A DNA stretch of 50,561 nt from NCBI GenBank assembly GCA_018985235.1, contig JADGIG010000014.1, positions 1-50,561 of the forward strand, in the 5' to 3' direction. A program made the position numbers and the translations under genes. The notes beneath the pieces are model-generated. The model was not told the DNA's origin. It worked only from the letters and a program-made list of their open reading frames with translations, and ran no database searches. This DNA is from Sanchytrium tribonematis (taxonomy: Eukaryota). Shown piece by piece: positions 1-9,358 of this stretch (its first letter is position 1; each line of letters starts with the position of its first letter).

Positions 1-2
1 CA

Positions 3-344
3 GTATTATTAGATTTAAATACAAATACCGAATTGTTCTATACCTATTTTGAGGCAAAACACAACCGAGCCCGACAAGATGAGATGGCCCCAATACCATT
101 TAAACAATGGAGATCAGAAATAGACTTATTATCAAAGTCGTTGTTGCACAAAAGTACATATGACAAAGCAGAGTTGAAAGATATCAAGGAACGATTAACC
201 AGTTTCAGGAATACACAGGCCTCATCAGGTATTGTAGTTACAGCTAAATCTAATAGACCAAGTGATTCCACGAGTCCAGAGTCTGTAAATAAGAAACGCG
301 GTAACCCGAGTCCAGCTACTGGCACTCCTGCTTCTAAGAAATAA
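3..344 (+). CDS. 3' end of a gene truncated by the window edge (function unknown; tail weakly reminiscent of cyclin H)
   Basis: Frame is open from position 3 to TAA at 342-344, where the stop lies within AATAAA like neighbouring genes; Ser/Pro/Lys-rich tail. Confidence 0.55.
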   Translation, partial: VLLDLNTNTELFYTYFEAKHNRARQDEMAPIPFKQWRSEIDLLSKSLLHKSTYDKAELKDIKERLTSFRNTQASSGIVVTAKSNRPSDSTSPESVNKKRGNPSPATGTPASKK

Positions 345-427
345 AAATCGTTTAAACGAATTTCTTTTAATTGTGATTGGCTGTTGACTTCATTTAAGAT
401 ACAAACCGACAATTTTTTGATTGAAAC

Positions 428-1868
428 ATGCAAGTAGCAGCAGAATTTTTAGTTGATCCAGAAAATCTTAACATTTACAATGACAATGTTGTAGTGAATT
501 GTGTAGGAACAGGATGCGGTGCCACAAGTAAAAAGGAATTGTCCTACTTTTTTAAAACTACAAACTTTGGCCAGGACTTTGGTAATTTAGAAAAAGTACA
601 GGAGATTAAACATCTAGAAACTCAGAGTTTGATTTTGAATGAGACTGTGTACAAAATTCCAATTAAAGAGACAGAGCCAAACAGATTTCAATGGTTGCTT
701 ACAGGATTAAGATTGATTAATCCAGGTGAAGAAAAAATAGTTTACCTTGCTATTGTGACGATTATTGAGTTTTCTGATGCAATTGATAAAGTCCGAATTT
801 ATTGGGATCAAGCTTCATTATTGAAGCAGATTGGCTTTTTACATCATATTCAAGCGAAACCTAATACCTTTCAAACAGCTCCAAATTTTCAAACTCCGAT
901 CTTGGGGTCTTCACAAGCTGAGAAACTCATCGAAAATAAGGGGTTTAATACCTTTATCGAGAGTATTGTGGATGCTCAAGGAAAAGGCCAAAATTACAAA
1001 CAGCCGACTTCAATCGGCACCTGTTTAGACGACTCAGACTTGCAGCCTATTTTTGAGACTGGGAAAGCGGCCTCCCATAAATCCAGTATTGGTGGCAATG
1101 AAATGAGGTCTGCCCTGAAGGAATCTGAAGTATCCGAGAACAGATCAATAAGACAACTAAAAGAATCTCCATATAAACAAAAGGATTACATGAAAGCTTA
1201 CTTTGAAGGCACGGATAAGACAGACTGGCTTCCAAAAACCAAAATGATGGCTGAACCCGAAAAGTCCAAAGTTTTTGACGATGAACCAGTACCAGCGTTT
1301 TCCCATAAGCAAATCAATCCAAATAAGAATGCGTCTCATTTTTCCTTGACTGAAAATGAATATGAGAGCTCTCACAATCAAGCAACACTCAACAAAGCTA
1401 ATTCGGGTAGATCTCAAATATTTGATCAAGCGGATGAATTTAAACCAAGTACAAGAGTTTTGAATCCAGGTTGTACCGGGGGTAAGTCACAGATTCAATT
1501 CGGACTGGATGATGGCAGGCCAGGCAAACATGTTAATCCGGAAAAAAATCAATCTCATTTTTCTATAAGTGGTGACTTCTCTGATAAGTCTGCTTCCTTC
1601 AGAGAGCTTGGTTTAGCTGGAATAAAGTCATCCAAGGGTAATGAGTCTCATTTTGCCATATCTGATGCTGGAAGAACTGACCAGCCTGCTCCATCTCATC
1701 ATGGTCGTCGCTTGGTATATTTTATTCATTTAGTACAAGTCAAATCAATCCAGCTTCAGTCTCGGAGATGTCGATCCACTTGCGAAAGATTTCGAGAAAT
1801 TAAAAGTAAGACCCTCTTCGAAAGTTACGAATGTACCAGGAGGGCATTCATCGCTTAGACTTGGCTAA
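428..1868 (+). CDS. NTF2-like domain protein with repetitive low-complexity tail and RPSxxV..PGG motifs; join(428..1714,1734..1868), 473 aa
   Basis: RIYWDQASLLKQIG motif of fungal NTF2-like proteins; repeats KNASHFSL/KNQSHFSI/GNESHFAI; removing the 19-nt intron adds SNQSSFSL and RPSSKVTNVPGGHSSLRLG*. Confidence 0.7.
1715..1733 (+). other. 19-nt spliceosomal intron (gtatattttattcatttag), phase 0
   Basis: GT..AG; splicing gives a C-terminus that repeats the protein's own internal motifs and ends in TAATAAA. Confidence 0.85.
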
Positions 1869-1880
1869 TAAATTTATTTA

Positions 1881-4373
1881 CTACTGCTCGCACAATTCCT
1901 TAATTCTGGAATCTAGTTGGAGTATCAGCGGGTCAGTTGAATGGTATAAACCAGTAGAGAGCAATTCTTGCCTTTCATGACGAAGTCTGTCAATCTCAGG
2001 GTCGCCACTTGACTTTTTGGTGATTCCATTGAGTTCTTTTCGTAAAGATTCTAGCATTTTTAAATCGCTGTTATTTTTCTTTTGCTCTTCTTGAATTAGA
2101 TATCTCCACTTCAATTTCTCTACCATTTTTGAGTCAGTATCCAATTTTGACTGTTTGTCTTGCATGTTTGCAAGTTTAAAATTATCAAATTCAAATTGCA
2201 ATTTAATGCATCTTTCTTTAAAATGCTTTTTGACTTGTTCAGACTTTTGTAGTTTGAACTTAATATCGTTTAATTCACTCTGTAGTTTATGATTAGCGTC
2301 TTGAAGTTGAGTAGTTGTAGATTCAGCATTAATGTGTTTGATATGTATTAGTTTCTCATTAAGTTCATTGTATTTAGATTGAATCATATTATATTGAGAT
2401 TGGGCATCTTTTTGGGATTTCATAAGCTCTTTCACCTTTTCCTTGTATATCAAAAGTTCTTGTTCAGATTGTTTTAATTGCAGACTTTTTTCATTCTTTA
2501 TCTCCTCCATTTTCAAAACAACTTGCTGCTTTTCGAGTTCAAATTTGGCCAATAAAGCTTGTTTTTCCTTACTCATCGATGCCTCTCTTTTTTCAATATT
2601 CTCAGTCTTGAGCCTCAGTTCATCATCTAATGCTCGTAATTCGGTTAATTGTTGTTCAACTTCCTTGTAACTTGAAAAAAGCTTTTCAAGATTCCTTTTT
2701 AATGCTGGCTGATCCATCAACAAATGTTGAACGTCTTGTTTACTCTCATCTGTTTGGACAGCGATATTAGCAACCGGAGACTTGAATTTCAATGACAATT
2801 TTCTGTAAATTTCTTCATCCGTCTGGTGTGGCGTAAAGGTTGTGGCATCTATGGCTTTGAGTTTAGGAGACTCAGGTTGATTTTCAACATCAATACCAAA
2901 TTCTTTTAAGTAGCTAAGGTTATCTATTGGCTCACGCAGATCTTCCTTATGAATTTCAGGTATTTCTTTTTCTTGAAATTCTCCAAAATCTTCTAAAGCT
3001 ATCGTGGCCTTGAGTTGTCCTACATTTTCAATTAATATTGGGATGTCAATTAATTGCAAATCCCCCTGTCCATGAATTTCCGGAGTTCGTTCACTTTTGA
3101 GTACATTTCCTAAATTTATTTGACAGTTTCCCACCAGCGATTTCTTTTTGTATTGATCATGTGAAAAAACTTCAATATTCAATGGTTTTAGCAAAGCTTT
3201 TAAATCTGTAAAATTCATAACCATCTCGTAAGCACAGAATCCATTTTGAATAAAGGATTCAATGTTATTTTGTAGCATCACAGGCGGCCTAGTAGAAAAT
3301 TGATTTTTTGTGCCTAGAACGTAAAGCTCGTAATGAAACTCAACTGGTAATTTAATATTGGAATGTCCAATAATGCTTCTTAGATCGATACTGAGTCGAT
3401 ATTGATGAGCTTCATTTGATAAAGATGTGATTGAAGTAGATTTGGAAACAGGCACAGGAATTTTAGATACAGAGACATCCGAAATATCATTTTTAGTTGG
3501 AGATATAGATTTAGGTTTTCTGTTTTGAGAAATTTCATCCCTGGGGTATCCAATACATTCTAGTTTTATGTCGTAATTATTCAAAGAGATAATTTTCAGT
3601 GTTCCAGATAAAAAATCTATCAAGTGGAAACCTCTTTCCAACACTTTAATCGGTTTTACATTTTCATGTTTTACAACAAAAACCTTGAATTCCGTAGACT
3701 TCCAAAATTCTTGTAATTCACTCAAATGACCCTCAAATACAATTTGATGAATGCTAATTGGCTTATTCTTGTTTAAAATAATATGCTTATTCAATAGTTT
3801 CAATGCGACTGACTCTTTATCATCTTCAAAGTGACAAGATATTGTGGCTGTCATTCTGTAGACTTCTTTACCTTCGCCCACAACAATATTACCTTGATGT
3901 AAATTTAGATAAATGTTAGGACTCCAAATCATTAGGGCTTGGGTAATTAAACGCTCAGGACTCAGCTCATCCATCTCTAAGAATTGATCGGGCTGTTCCG
4001 GCACTAAACCGACTCCAAATCCGATTAAAACTTGTGGTCTAGGGGTATAATTGGTATTCATTAATGTGAACCACTTTTTACTTTCGGGTGGTAATTTGTT
4101 TTCAGCCCGTCGCATGTCAAGTAGAACAAATCCCACCAATTTCTTTGGCTTCTGATAGCAACTTAATTTGCAGTTTAAGCGATTTTGTTTTAAAAAATTA
4201 AATTGCTGCTCATTCAAGTAAAAAACTAATTCCGTGTCAATGGTCATTTCCGAAGTTGATACTAGTACTTCTGATGTTAATTTTTCATTGTTCAGTGTGC
4301 ACTCAAAATATATCGGAGATTTTGATGGTATGATGTGTTTAGCCTTATGCAAAACGATAAAAACCGAAAACAT
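1881..4373 (-). CDS. CEP120: CEP120-like centriolar protein (C2/DUF3668 domains plus C-terminal coiled coil)
   Basis: VGFVLLDMRRA..KWFTL, HQYRLSIDLRSI, TRPPV..NGFCAYE, long coiled coil, and the terminal ERQELLSTGLYHSTDPLILQLDSRI motif. Confidence 0.85.
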   Translation of the reverse strand: MFSVFIVLHKAKHIIPSKSPIYFECTLNNEKLTSEVLVSTSEMTIDTELVFYLNEQQFNFLKQNRLNCKLSCYQKPKKLVGFVLLDMRRAENKLPPESKKWFTLMNTNYTPRPQVLIGFGVGLVPEQPDQFLEMDELSPERLITQALMIWSPNIYLNLHQGNIVVGEGKEVYRMTATISCHFEDDKESVALKLLNKHIILNKNKPISIHQIVFEGHLSELQEFWKSTEFKVFVVKHENVKPIKVLERGFHLIDFLSGTLKIISLNNYDIKLECIGYPRDEISQNRKPKSISPTKNDISDVSVSKIPVPVSKSTSITSLSNEAHQYRLSIDLRSIIGHSNIKLPVEFHYELYVLGTKNQFSTRPPVMLQNNIESFIQNGFCAYEMVMNFTDLKALLKPLNIEVFSHDQYKKKSLVGNCQINLGNVLKSERTPEIHGQGDLQLIDIPILIENVGQLKATIALEDFGEFQEKEIPEIHKEDLREPIDNLSYLKEFGIDVENQPESPKLKAIDATTFTPHQTDEEIYRKLSLKFKSPVANIAVQTDESKQDVQHLLMDQPALKRNLEKLFSSYKEVEQQLTELRALDDELRLKTENIEKREASMSKEKQALLAKFELEKQQVVLKMEEIKNEKSLQLKQSEQELLIYKEKVKELMKSQKDAQSQYNMIQSKYNELNEKLIHIKHINAESTTTQLQDANHKLQSELNDIKFKLQKSEQVKKHFKERCIKLQFEFDNFKLANMQDKQSKLDTDSKMVEKLKWRYLIQEEQKKNNSDLKMLESLRKELNGITKKSSGDPEIDRLRHERQELLSTGLYHSTDPLILQLDSRIKELCEQ

Positions 4374-4418
4374 AAAAAATTGATTTCAAGGAGAAAAGAT
4401 GTTAAAATATACAGTTTA

Positions 4419-5414
4419 CTAAAAGTCGACAAATAAATCATGATAAATATCTTCTTGCACAGAGTGCTTGGTTTTTTCTTCAGGATAATGATCAAAATAA
4501 CTTGAATCACCAGGATGTTGTAGATGCGGAACAATCGGAGGTGTCAACTTCAAATTTTCAACATCCAGCCAATTAATTTGTGCAAAAAACAAATGATTTT
4601 TGATGTCATCAGTGCCATTTCTCAGGTTACCTATCCTATTAGTCAGATCGTGGGTCAAAAGTTGCCGTATTAAATCTTTTGCTGGAGAATGAAATTGAGC
4701 AGGAAAGATTAATTTAGCTCTGAGAATCTTTTCATAGATCCCAAATGGAGATTCATCATAAAAAGGAGGATACCCAACTAAAAATTCATAAATAAGTATA
4801 CCGAGAGCGTACCAATCTACGGCCTTAGTGTGTCCCTTACCTTTTATAATTTCTGGAGCAAGATATTCAGCAGTTCCACACAAGGTATATGTAACATCAC
4901 CTTCTGGTACAAATTTAGCAAATCCAAAGTCACAAAGCTTTAAATTTCCTTTTGAGTTTAATAATAAATTTTCTGGCTTAAGGTCTCGATAGATGCAGCC
5001 ATGATCATGAAGAAACCCCAAGGCGGTTGTAAGTTGAGCAGCATAAAAGACAGATGTGCTTAAGTTGAATCTTCCAGCTTTTCTTAAGTGACTAAATAAT
5101 TCCCCACCAGGAATATATTCCATAATCAGATATAAATTTGCGGATGATTGAAAATGATAGAGTAAATTCACAATTAAAGGATGCTTAAGTTTTTCTAAAA
5201 TCATTTTTTCATTTCTGATATGTTCTACTTGACGCAGTTTGACAATAGTCTTTTTTTGCAACACCTTCAATGCGTAATACTGAAATGGTGACAAGGTTGG
5301 TTTTGCAAATGCCGATGGTTTAATTCTGGTTAAATACACCCTTCCGAATGTACCCGTCCCGAGTGTATTTAAAAGTTCAAAATCGTGGTACGTAAAATCA
5401 TCCTCTTTAGTCAT
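4419..5414 (-). CDS. cAMP-dependent protein kinase catalytic subunit (PKA/PRKX-like)
   Basis: GTGTFGRV, YRDLKPEN, DFGFAK, TLCGTAEYLAPE, AGC tail GDSSYFDHYPEE..FVDF. Confidence 0.92.
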   Translation of the reverse strand: MTKEDDFTYHDFELLNTLGTGTFGRVYLTRIKPSAFAKPTLSPFQYYALKVLQKKTIVKLRQVEHIRNEKMILEKLKHPLIVNLLYHFQSSANLYLIMEYIPGGELFSHLRKAGRFNLSTSVFYAAQLTTALGFLHDHGCIYRDLKPENLLLNSKGNLKLCDFGFAKFVPEGDVTYTLCGTAEYLAPEIIKGKGHTKAVDWYALGILIYEFLVGYPPFYDESPFGIYEKILRAKLIFPAQFHSPAKDLIRQLLTHDLTNRIGNLRNGTDDIKNHLFFAQINWLDVENLKLTPPIVPHLQHPGDSSYFDHYPEEKTKHSVQEDIYHDLFVDF

Positions 5415-5443
5415 TGTTTGACAAGGGGTAAAATCACTAAAAT

Positions 5444-6268
5444 TTATTTCATCTTTTTTCCAGCTTCATCATATAAAAAGAATCCTGCTTTTGTTTTTAA
5501 ACCCAATTTCTTTTCATTAACCAAGTCAATTAAAGTTTTAGGGGGTTTACACCATTCCTGTTGGTTCTCTTTGTACCACCCTTCACTAATAAACAATAAT
5601 GTATCAAGTCCAACAAAGTCAGCCAATGTGAAAGGACCCATGGGATAACCAGCACCGAGTTTCATGGCTTTGTCTACATCACTCATTGAGGCATCCCCAC
5701 GTTCCACCAGTTTAATGGCTTCAAGAATATATGGAACTAGTAGTCGATTAACAATGAATCCTGGAGTGTTTTTACAAATGACAGGAGCTTTCTCAATATT
5801 TTTGCAGTATTCCTTTAATTGCGCAACTTTTTTTTCTTGATTTGAAGCAGTGTAAATTATCTCAACTAATGGCATTTTAGTAACAGGGTTGAAGAAATGC
5901 AGACCTAGAGCCTCTTTTCCACTAGGGAAGCATTTCTTTACATCCAAGCTACTGGTATTTGTGCATATAACTGCTTTAGGAGCAACGTCAAAAACTTGTT
6001 GCAGTAATTTTCTTTTCAATTCAAGAACTTCAGGTACTGCTTCAACAACTAAATCGCAGTCTTTAAATGATTTGATGTCAGTAGATAGCGTCAAATTCTC
6101 ATGATCATATTTTGACTTGAATTTGTCGAGCATCTTTTGATTTGCGTCAACCAAAACTGTTTTGTATTTCGGCAAAGATACACGAGCAATTCCGCCTCCC
6201 ATTTGACCGGCTCCCAAAATACCTATTTTGGTAAAAGACATTGTGCGAGTCAGATTCAACAAACTCAT
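5444..6268 (-). CDS. HADH: 3-hydroxyacyl-CoA dehydrogenase, probably mitochondrial
   Basis: GAGQMGGGIA Rossmann motif, VEAVPE, TNTSS, GLHFFNPV, PGFIVNRLL, GAGYPMGP; N-terminus resembles a transit peptide. Confidence 0.92.
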   Translation of the reverse strand: MSLLNLTRTMSFTKIGILGAGQMGGGIARVSLPKYKTVLVDANQKMLDKFKSKYDHENLTLSTDIKSFKDCDLVVEAVPEVLELKRKLLQQVFDVAPKAVICTNTSSLDVKKCFPSGKEALGLHFFNPVTKMPLVEIIYTASNQEKKVAQLKEYCKNIEKAPVICKNTPGFIVNRLLVPYILEAIKLVERGDASMSDVDKAMKLGAGYPMGPFTLADFVGLDTLLFISEGWYKENQQEWCKPPKTLIDLVNEKKLGLKTKAGFFLYDEAGKKMK

Positions 6269-6287
6269 AAACCGTTTGAAAAATTAT

Positions 6288-7517
6288 TTATTTTATATAT
6301 TTTTTAACATCATGCAAATACTTTTCGGGGATGCCAAGCTGCTGCAATTGCTTGACTTTTTCCATTTTTAATTGCTCAATGGCAATTTGTTTTGTTTGAA
6401 TCTCTTCATTAAATTGATGAAGCTCAGCGTAAAATTTGTTTGAACTTTCCAACTTGGCCTTTTTCTTTTCTTCGATTTGAGCCTTTATATCTATCAAAAA
6501 TTGGTTAAGTTGCTCTTTCTTTAGCTTTTGAGCTACTCTCATCTTTTCGTCGACTTCTTGCTGTTGTCGAAGAATGTCTTGGTATTCAAGTTTTGCTTTT
6601 TCAGTTTCCTTTGCTATAGTATTTTCTTTTAACAATTTTAATCTTTGCCTTTCTTCGATAAGTTGCAGTCTGGCAATATGTGCCTTATTTTTCTTCTCCT
6701 CCTCTTCCTTTCTGCTTTTCATTTCAAAATCATATGCAGCCTTCATTGCAGAAATGTCTTGCTTATTGCTCTTCATTTCTGATTTTCGTTTGTGCTCCAT
6801 CAAGCTTTTCGCATAAGCTCTCTCCATTTCTAAACGTTTTTCCTTTCTCTGTTTTTCTAATTGCTCTTCCTTTTCAATTTTTTGCAAAGTATATTGTAAC
6901 ATTTGCTTGTCCATGGCCAACTCATTTTCTTTGGCTTCTTGTCTCTTTGTAGAGGCTTGTTGGTTACTCTCTATGATAGCCCTGGTAAATTCCTTCTTCT
7001 TTTCCGTAAGGATTTTCTTCTTCTGCTCCTCTTCTTGAGACTGAAGCTGATATTGCTTTTGCTGGTTTTCACTTTCCTTCTTTCGCTCCTCCTTTTCAAT
7101 ACTAGATTTTAATCTTTTCTCAACCATTTGCACCTTTATATTCTTGGCATTTTCCTTTTGTTTTTCAAAAGTTAGATGGAAGCTTTCATCTTGTTTCCTG
7201 ATATTTTCTATACGAGCAACCTCCACTTCAAGGTCCATGTTTTGCTCGTATACTTCAAGCTCTTGTTTAATAAGCTTTTTTTCTATTAATTGTCTATCTC
7301 TTATGGCTGCGCATTTGGCTTGATTGATTAGAATGTTCAATGCTCGAATCTCGTCGTGGTCTTCATAATATGGCTTTACTTCATCTTTAGGAATAGTTGG
7401 GACTTCTTCCACATAAGGATGCGCTTGAATCTGAGCTATCAAGCTATCACTGTCACTTTCCTCTGAATTTCTTGGTTTCGTGGTGAGCTCTCGAAGACGA
7501 GAGGAATTGATAACCAT
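6288..7517 (-). CDS. CFAP45: CFAP45-like (trichohyalin-plectin-homology) axonemal protein
   Basis: DEIRALNILINQAKCAAIRDRQLIEKK and C-terminal KVKQLQQLGIPEKY motifs; E/K/Q coiled coil. Confidence 0.8.
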   Translation of the reverse strand: MVINSSRLRELTTKPRNSEESDSDSLIAQIQAHPYVEEVPTIPKDEVKPYYEDHDEIRALNILINQAKCAAIRDRQLIEKKLIKQELEVYEQNMDLEVEVARIENIRKQDESFHLTFEKQKENAKNIKVQMVEKRLKSSIEKEERKKESENQQKQYQLQSQEEEQKKKILTEKKKEFTRAIIESNQQASTKRQEAKENELAMDKQMLQYTLQKIEKEEQLEKQRKEKRLEMERAYAKSLMEHKRKSEMKSNKQDISAMKAAYDFEMKSRKEEEEKKNKAHIARLQLIEERQRLKLLKENTIAKETEKAKLEYQDILRQQQEVDEKMRVAQKLKKEQLNQFLIDIKAQIEEKKKAKLESSNKFYAELHQFNEEIQTKQIAIEQLKMEKVKQLQQLGIPEKYLHDVKKYIK

Positions 7518-7542
7518 GGCCTATAAAAAATATTTTTTTTAC

Positions 7543-8632
7543 TCAATACAAAAAGAATGTCCAGAGACCAGTAAGTAGCGCGTAAATACTCATAAAGTAT
7601 ACTTTTCTTCTCTTTCCACCTCTAGCAACATTCGGATCTTGATTTGCAAACATTATTGGCCGCAAGGCTCTGAGCTAAATAAATTTTGATTACTGTAAAA
7701 AAAGCTAAAGCTACAGATATGTATCCTCTCAAAGTCCATCCCAATATACCTTTGAATCCCAAAAGTGTTATAAAGCCATTGATTACAGCACCAACAAACA
7801 TGTACCCGATAAGAGCAGCCAGATCAAGCCATGATATGTAAGAGCCAACATTATTTAAATAAAGAAATAAAGATAGAACCAATAATTGTAATATATATAC
7901 GAATATGGTGAAAGAAGCGGTAATTCCTAATATGTCTGGATGAAAGGTTGACTTGCTTTTTGAACCATCTGCGATTGCTTTTGAGCCATCTAGACCAGTT
8001 TGTAAACCTACAAGCAATATATATGTTATAAAAGTCATCAAAGGAATATAAAGATCAAATTCACTACCAACTCTATTTCCATTTGGAATTTTGATTTGCT
8101 TGAAGGGAAATAAAATATTGGCTAGCCTGTAGACTACATACTGATGATTAACTCTGAAGTAAACTCTCAAAACATCAATATATCTTGAAGAATTTTTAAA
8201 ATATTGATTTGAAGCGTTCATAGCCATATTGAAAGTACCCAGACCCGCAGCTAAAGTATTACCATTAAAAGGAGATTGTCCAGAATCCTGATTATATTGA
8301 TTTGGATAGGAACTGGGCTGAGGGGCGTAATTTTGTGGATATTGCTGTTGTTGCATATTTGGTGATGCATTTGGATTTGCTTGATAATTGTTGTATTGTG
8401 GCTGATTCGATTCAGGTATAGGCATATTTGGCGGGTAACTAGTATCCGGTTGATAATTATATTGCTGAGGTGGTTGTTGCTGTAAATTTGGGGAATTTTG
8501 ATAGCTAGGAGGATATTGTGCAGGTGGCGGAGATTGGCGAGGCTGCTGCTTTTGAGGTCTTGCCTGTCCAGCATTTGGCCGCTGCTGAGTCTGTGCGTAA
8601 GGCTGTTGGTAATAATTTTGTTCGTTCGACAT
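7543..8632 (-). CDS. YIF1: YIF1-family ER-Golgi membrane protein; join(8632..7694,7674..7543), 356 aa
   Basis: YFRVNHQYV..ILFPF, DLYIPLMTFITYIL, FHPDILG, LDLAALIGY; splicing gives AFFT|LRALR and a final TM helix. Confidence 0.88.
7675..7693 (-). other. 19-nt spliceosomal intron (gtaatcaaaatttatttag), phase 0
   Basis: Removal restores the YIF1 FFxLRxL motif and last transmembrane helix. Confidence 0.85.
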
Positions 8633-8783
8633 CAATAAAAGTTTCAAAAATTATTTTTTATTCTAATATATTGTTCATATCACAATTACAATGTAAAGAT
8701 GTCGCATTTTCAGACGTGTCTATTGTTGCTTAAAAATGATGAAACCAACTTTTAAAGCAAAGTAATGTGAAACAATAATTAAA

Positions 8784-9341
8784 ATGGAAAATATCACTTT
8801 TGAAATTAACACTCCGGATGTTGCACACGACGACTATTTATTCTTGACCATCCTAATTGTGACTATGGTTCCATCTCTAACTTGTTTATATTACTATATC
8901 TCTGATTATTTTGATAGAGAGCCCACAAAATCACTACAATACCTAAAACTCGTCAATTTGTGTCTTATTGGACTCCACTTTGTCTGTTTTCTAACTCCTT
9001 TACCTAAAACTAATCTGTTGGTAGGCCTGATAAATTATTCTATCTACGCCATATTGAATATAAAAAGAAGCGAACCGAAATATCATTTACATACTAAGCC
9101 ATTTCATCTGAAGGCCCTGGTACCTTCCAATTTGGTGTCCAAAATATATATATTTAATATTGGGATTGTCATTTTGCACTATATACTTTGGATGCAATAC
9201 CTTTACCGCTTTAGCTTTGTGTTATTCATATTTTTATTTGTATTTTTCTACCCCATCATGGATTTATTTTACCAAATTCGATCAACTGTGTCCCTCCCTG
9301 TCTTTAACAAACATTATGCTGTAAGGTTTAAATCAGAGTAA
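8784..9341 (+). CDS. Svp26/Erv26/TEX261-like multi-pass ER cargo adaptor
   Basis: LYYYISDYFD (cf. LYYxxExxEE), LH...LP, HYILW; about four hydrophobic helices. Confidence 0.6.
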   Translation: MENITFEINTPDVAHDDYLFLTILIVTMVPSLTCLYYYISDYFDREPTKSLQYLKLVNLCLIGLHFVCFLTPLPKTNLLVGLINYSIYAILNIKRSEPKYHLHTKPFHLKALVPSNLVSKIYIFNIGIVILHYILWMQYLYRFSFVLFIFLFVFFYPIMDLFYQIRSTVSLPVFNKHYAVRFKSE

Positions 9342-9358
9342 GTAAATTCAAAATTTTA

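Noticed and set aside
7521..7542. 22-nt GT..AG segment on the minus strand between the YIF1 stop and the CFAP45 start
   Set aside because: Lacks A at -6, and splicing would still leave TGA in frame upstream; probably just the AT-rich spacer.
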